NCBI RefSeq assembly: GCF_006345805.1
Contig: NC_043006.1
Span: 23,250,001 to 23,314,000 of the forward strand
Origin: Octopus sinensis
Taxonomy: Eukaryota
Length of the DNA: 64,000 nt
Reading direction: 5' to 3'
The first letter of the stretch is position 1; the number at the start of each line of letters is the position of its first letter. The position numbers and the translations under genes are program-made. Shown here in pieces: positions 62,841 through 64,000 of the stretch. Under the pieces are notes generated by a model. It searched no databases. It had not been told where the DNA came from and was given only the letters and a program-made list of their open reading frames with translations.

Positions 62841-63981
62841 GGGGGTCTTCTCTGCTTGGCTCCCACTTTGAAATTAGAGAATTTAGTGAAAATTTTCAAA
62901 TTCGGTACATTGATGTAATTTTTCACTTTGCCAGAAATTTTGGGGGAAAATGTCTCAGCGGTTTAGACATTGATTATTTTTACCCAATCAGAAAGCAGGA
63001 ATTGGAAGCTCGCATTTTGTGCGTGATGACAACATTACGACGACAAAACGTTCAACGACGGTAGTTCCCAGTTTTAATGAATAAAGACATGTGAAATGCT
63101 GGAACAGGTAGGTAAACAATATCAAAAGAAAAAAAATCCTCAATGAAATTTTTTTGCAAAAAAGTACAAAAAAAAAAAAAACATACTGAATGCTAGATTA
63201 CGAAAAAACAAATTGAACTATAAATTATAAAAACATAATAAAATAAAAATCAGAAAGAACACTGTAGTTCAGTTCTTGTGAAAAATGCATGTTTTGTAGC
63301 TAAGATTCAAAGACGAAAGTTTGCGATGCACTCTGGGAGTTTGTCGAAACAAATTACAATTTCGTTTTCCTGCGTCTCATAAACTCGCAGAATTTATGTC
63401 AACCATAGAACGGTGGATGCCACCGCATCGTTTATAACTTCGTTTTACAGAGGCCCATGCGCTTTACACTCACTGCGTGTGGGTAACATCTTTCGAGTTA
63501 ATAAACTCAACGATGCGGTTCATTGTTTTATGTCAAAAATTATAACTATCAATTTTAAGAATGAGAGAGTAGGCTCTCCACAAGCCACTGAAAATTGTGG
63601 TTCCTGGAAGAATCGACAGACGTAGGCTTTCCCCCAGTGTGCTGTGATTTCGACATGGCACTGCATAAAGAAAGCATGTCTCATCTCGCGACACACTCTT
63701 CCGAAAACCCACTGCTTATATAGCACCCTTCCTCGGTTAGCAGATTATAACTTGGTTTGTTACAATGAAAACAAGCACCAATAGGTCTGACTTCCGAACG
63801 GCTAAAATTACCAAAAATTTACAAACTTTAAAAGCTATCAACTTTTTATTAATTAATTAATTTTGTATTCTAATCATTTGCATAATTAGAATACAAAACT
63901 ACATCAATACACCAAATTTGAAATCAACCGGAACAAAATTTGAGGACTTGAAAAGTGTGAGCCAAACAAGGAGATCAGCCC
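62841..63981. mobile_element. ~1.14-kb non-autonomous TIR element inserted in a SINE A2 remnant
   Basis: Degenerate TIRs (ttggctc.cacttt...ttcaaatt.ggt..attgatgta) at about 62841-62915 and 63900-63981; SINE sequence gacctc before and ctcagaa after. Confidence 0.6.
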
Positions 63982-64000
63982 TCAGAATGTAAAAGGTAGG

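Overview
This is repeat-saturated, AT-rich animal genomic DNA with one 100-N gap. It is most likely from an octopus (coleoid cephalopod); that is an inference from the tRNA-derived SINE families and very heavy (TA)n/(CA)n/(TATG)n/(ATC)n content, made without a database check. I found no confidently supported host gene. Most long ORFs in the track are microsatellite translations or decayed transposon pieces. Recognisable elements: four tRNA-headed SINE groups (labelled A/A2, B, C, D here; about 40 copies and fragments), R4/Dong-clade RLE LINE fragments, Penelope-like (PLE) remnants, five Helitron derivatives, two hAT elements with 8-bp TSDs, mariner/Tc1 remnants, several fold-back elements and two minisatellites. 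Most interesting signals: (1) at least seven minimal type-I hammerhead ribozyme motifs with palindromic stem III, whose intact-looking copies carry swapped core pairs (G3:C8 twice, U3:A8 once); (2) a 1.5-kb ORF1-only L1/Tx1-like element with a 13-bp TSD inserted into a SINE tRNA head; (3) a MITE flanked by a 95-bp direct duplication; (4) a MITE whose TIRs each carry CSL, octamer and CCAAT motifs. Coordinates and similarity were read by eye.
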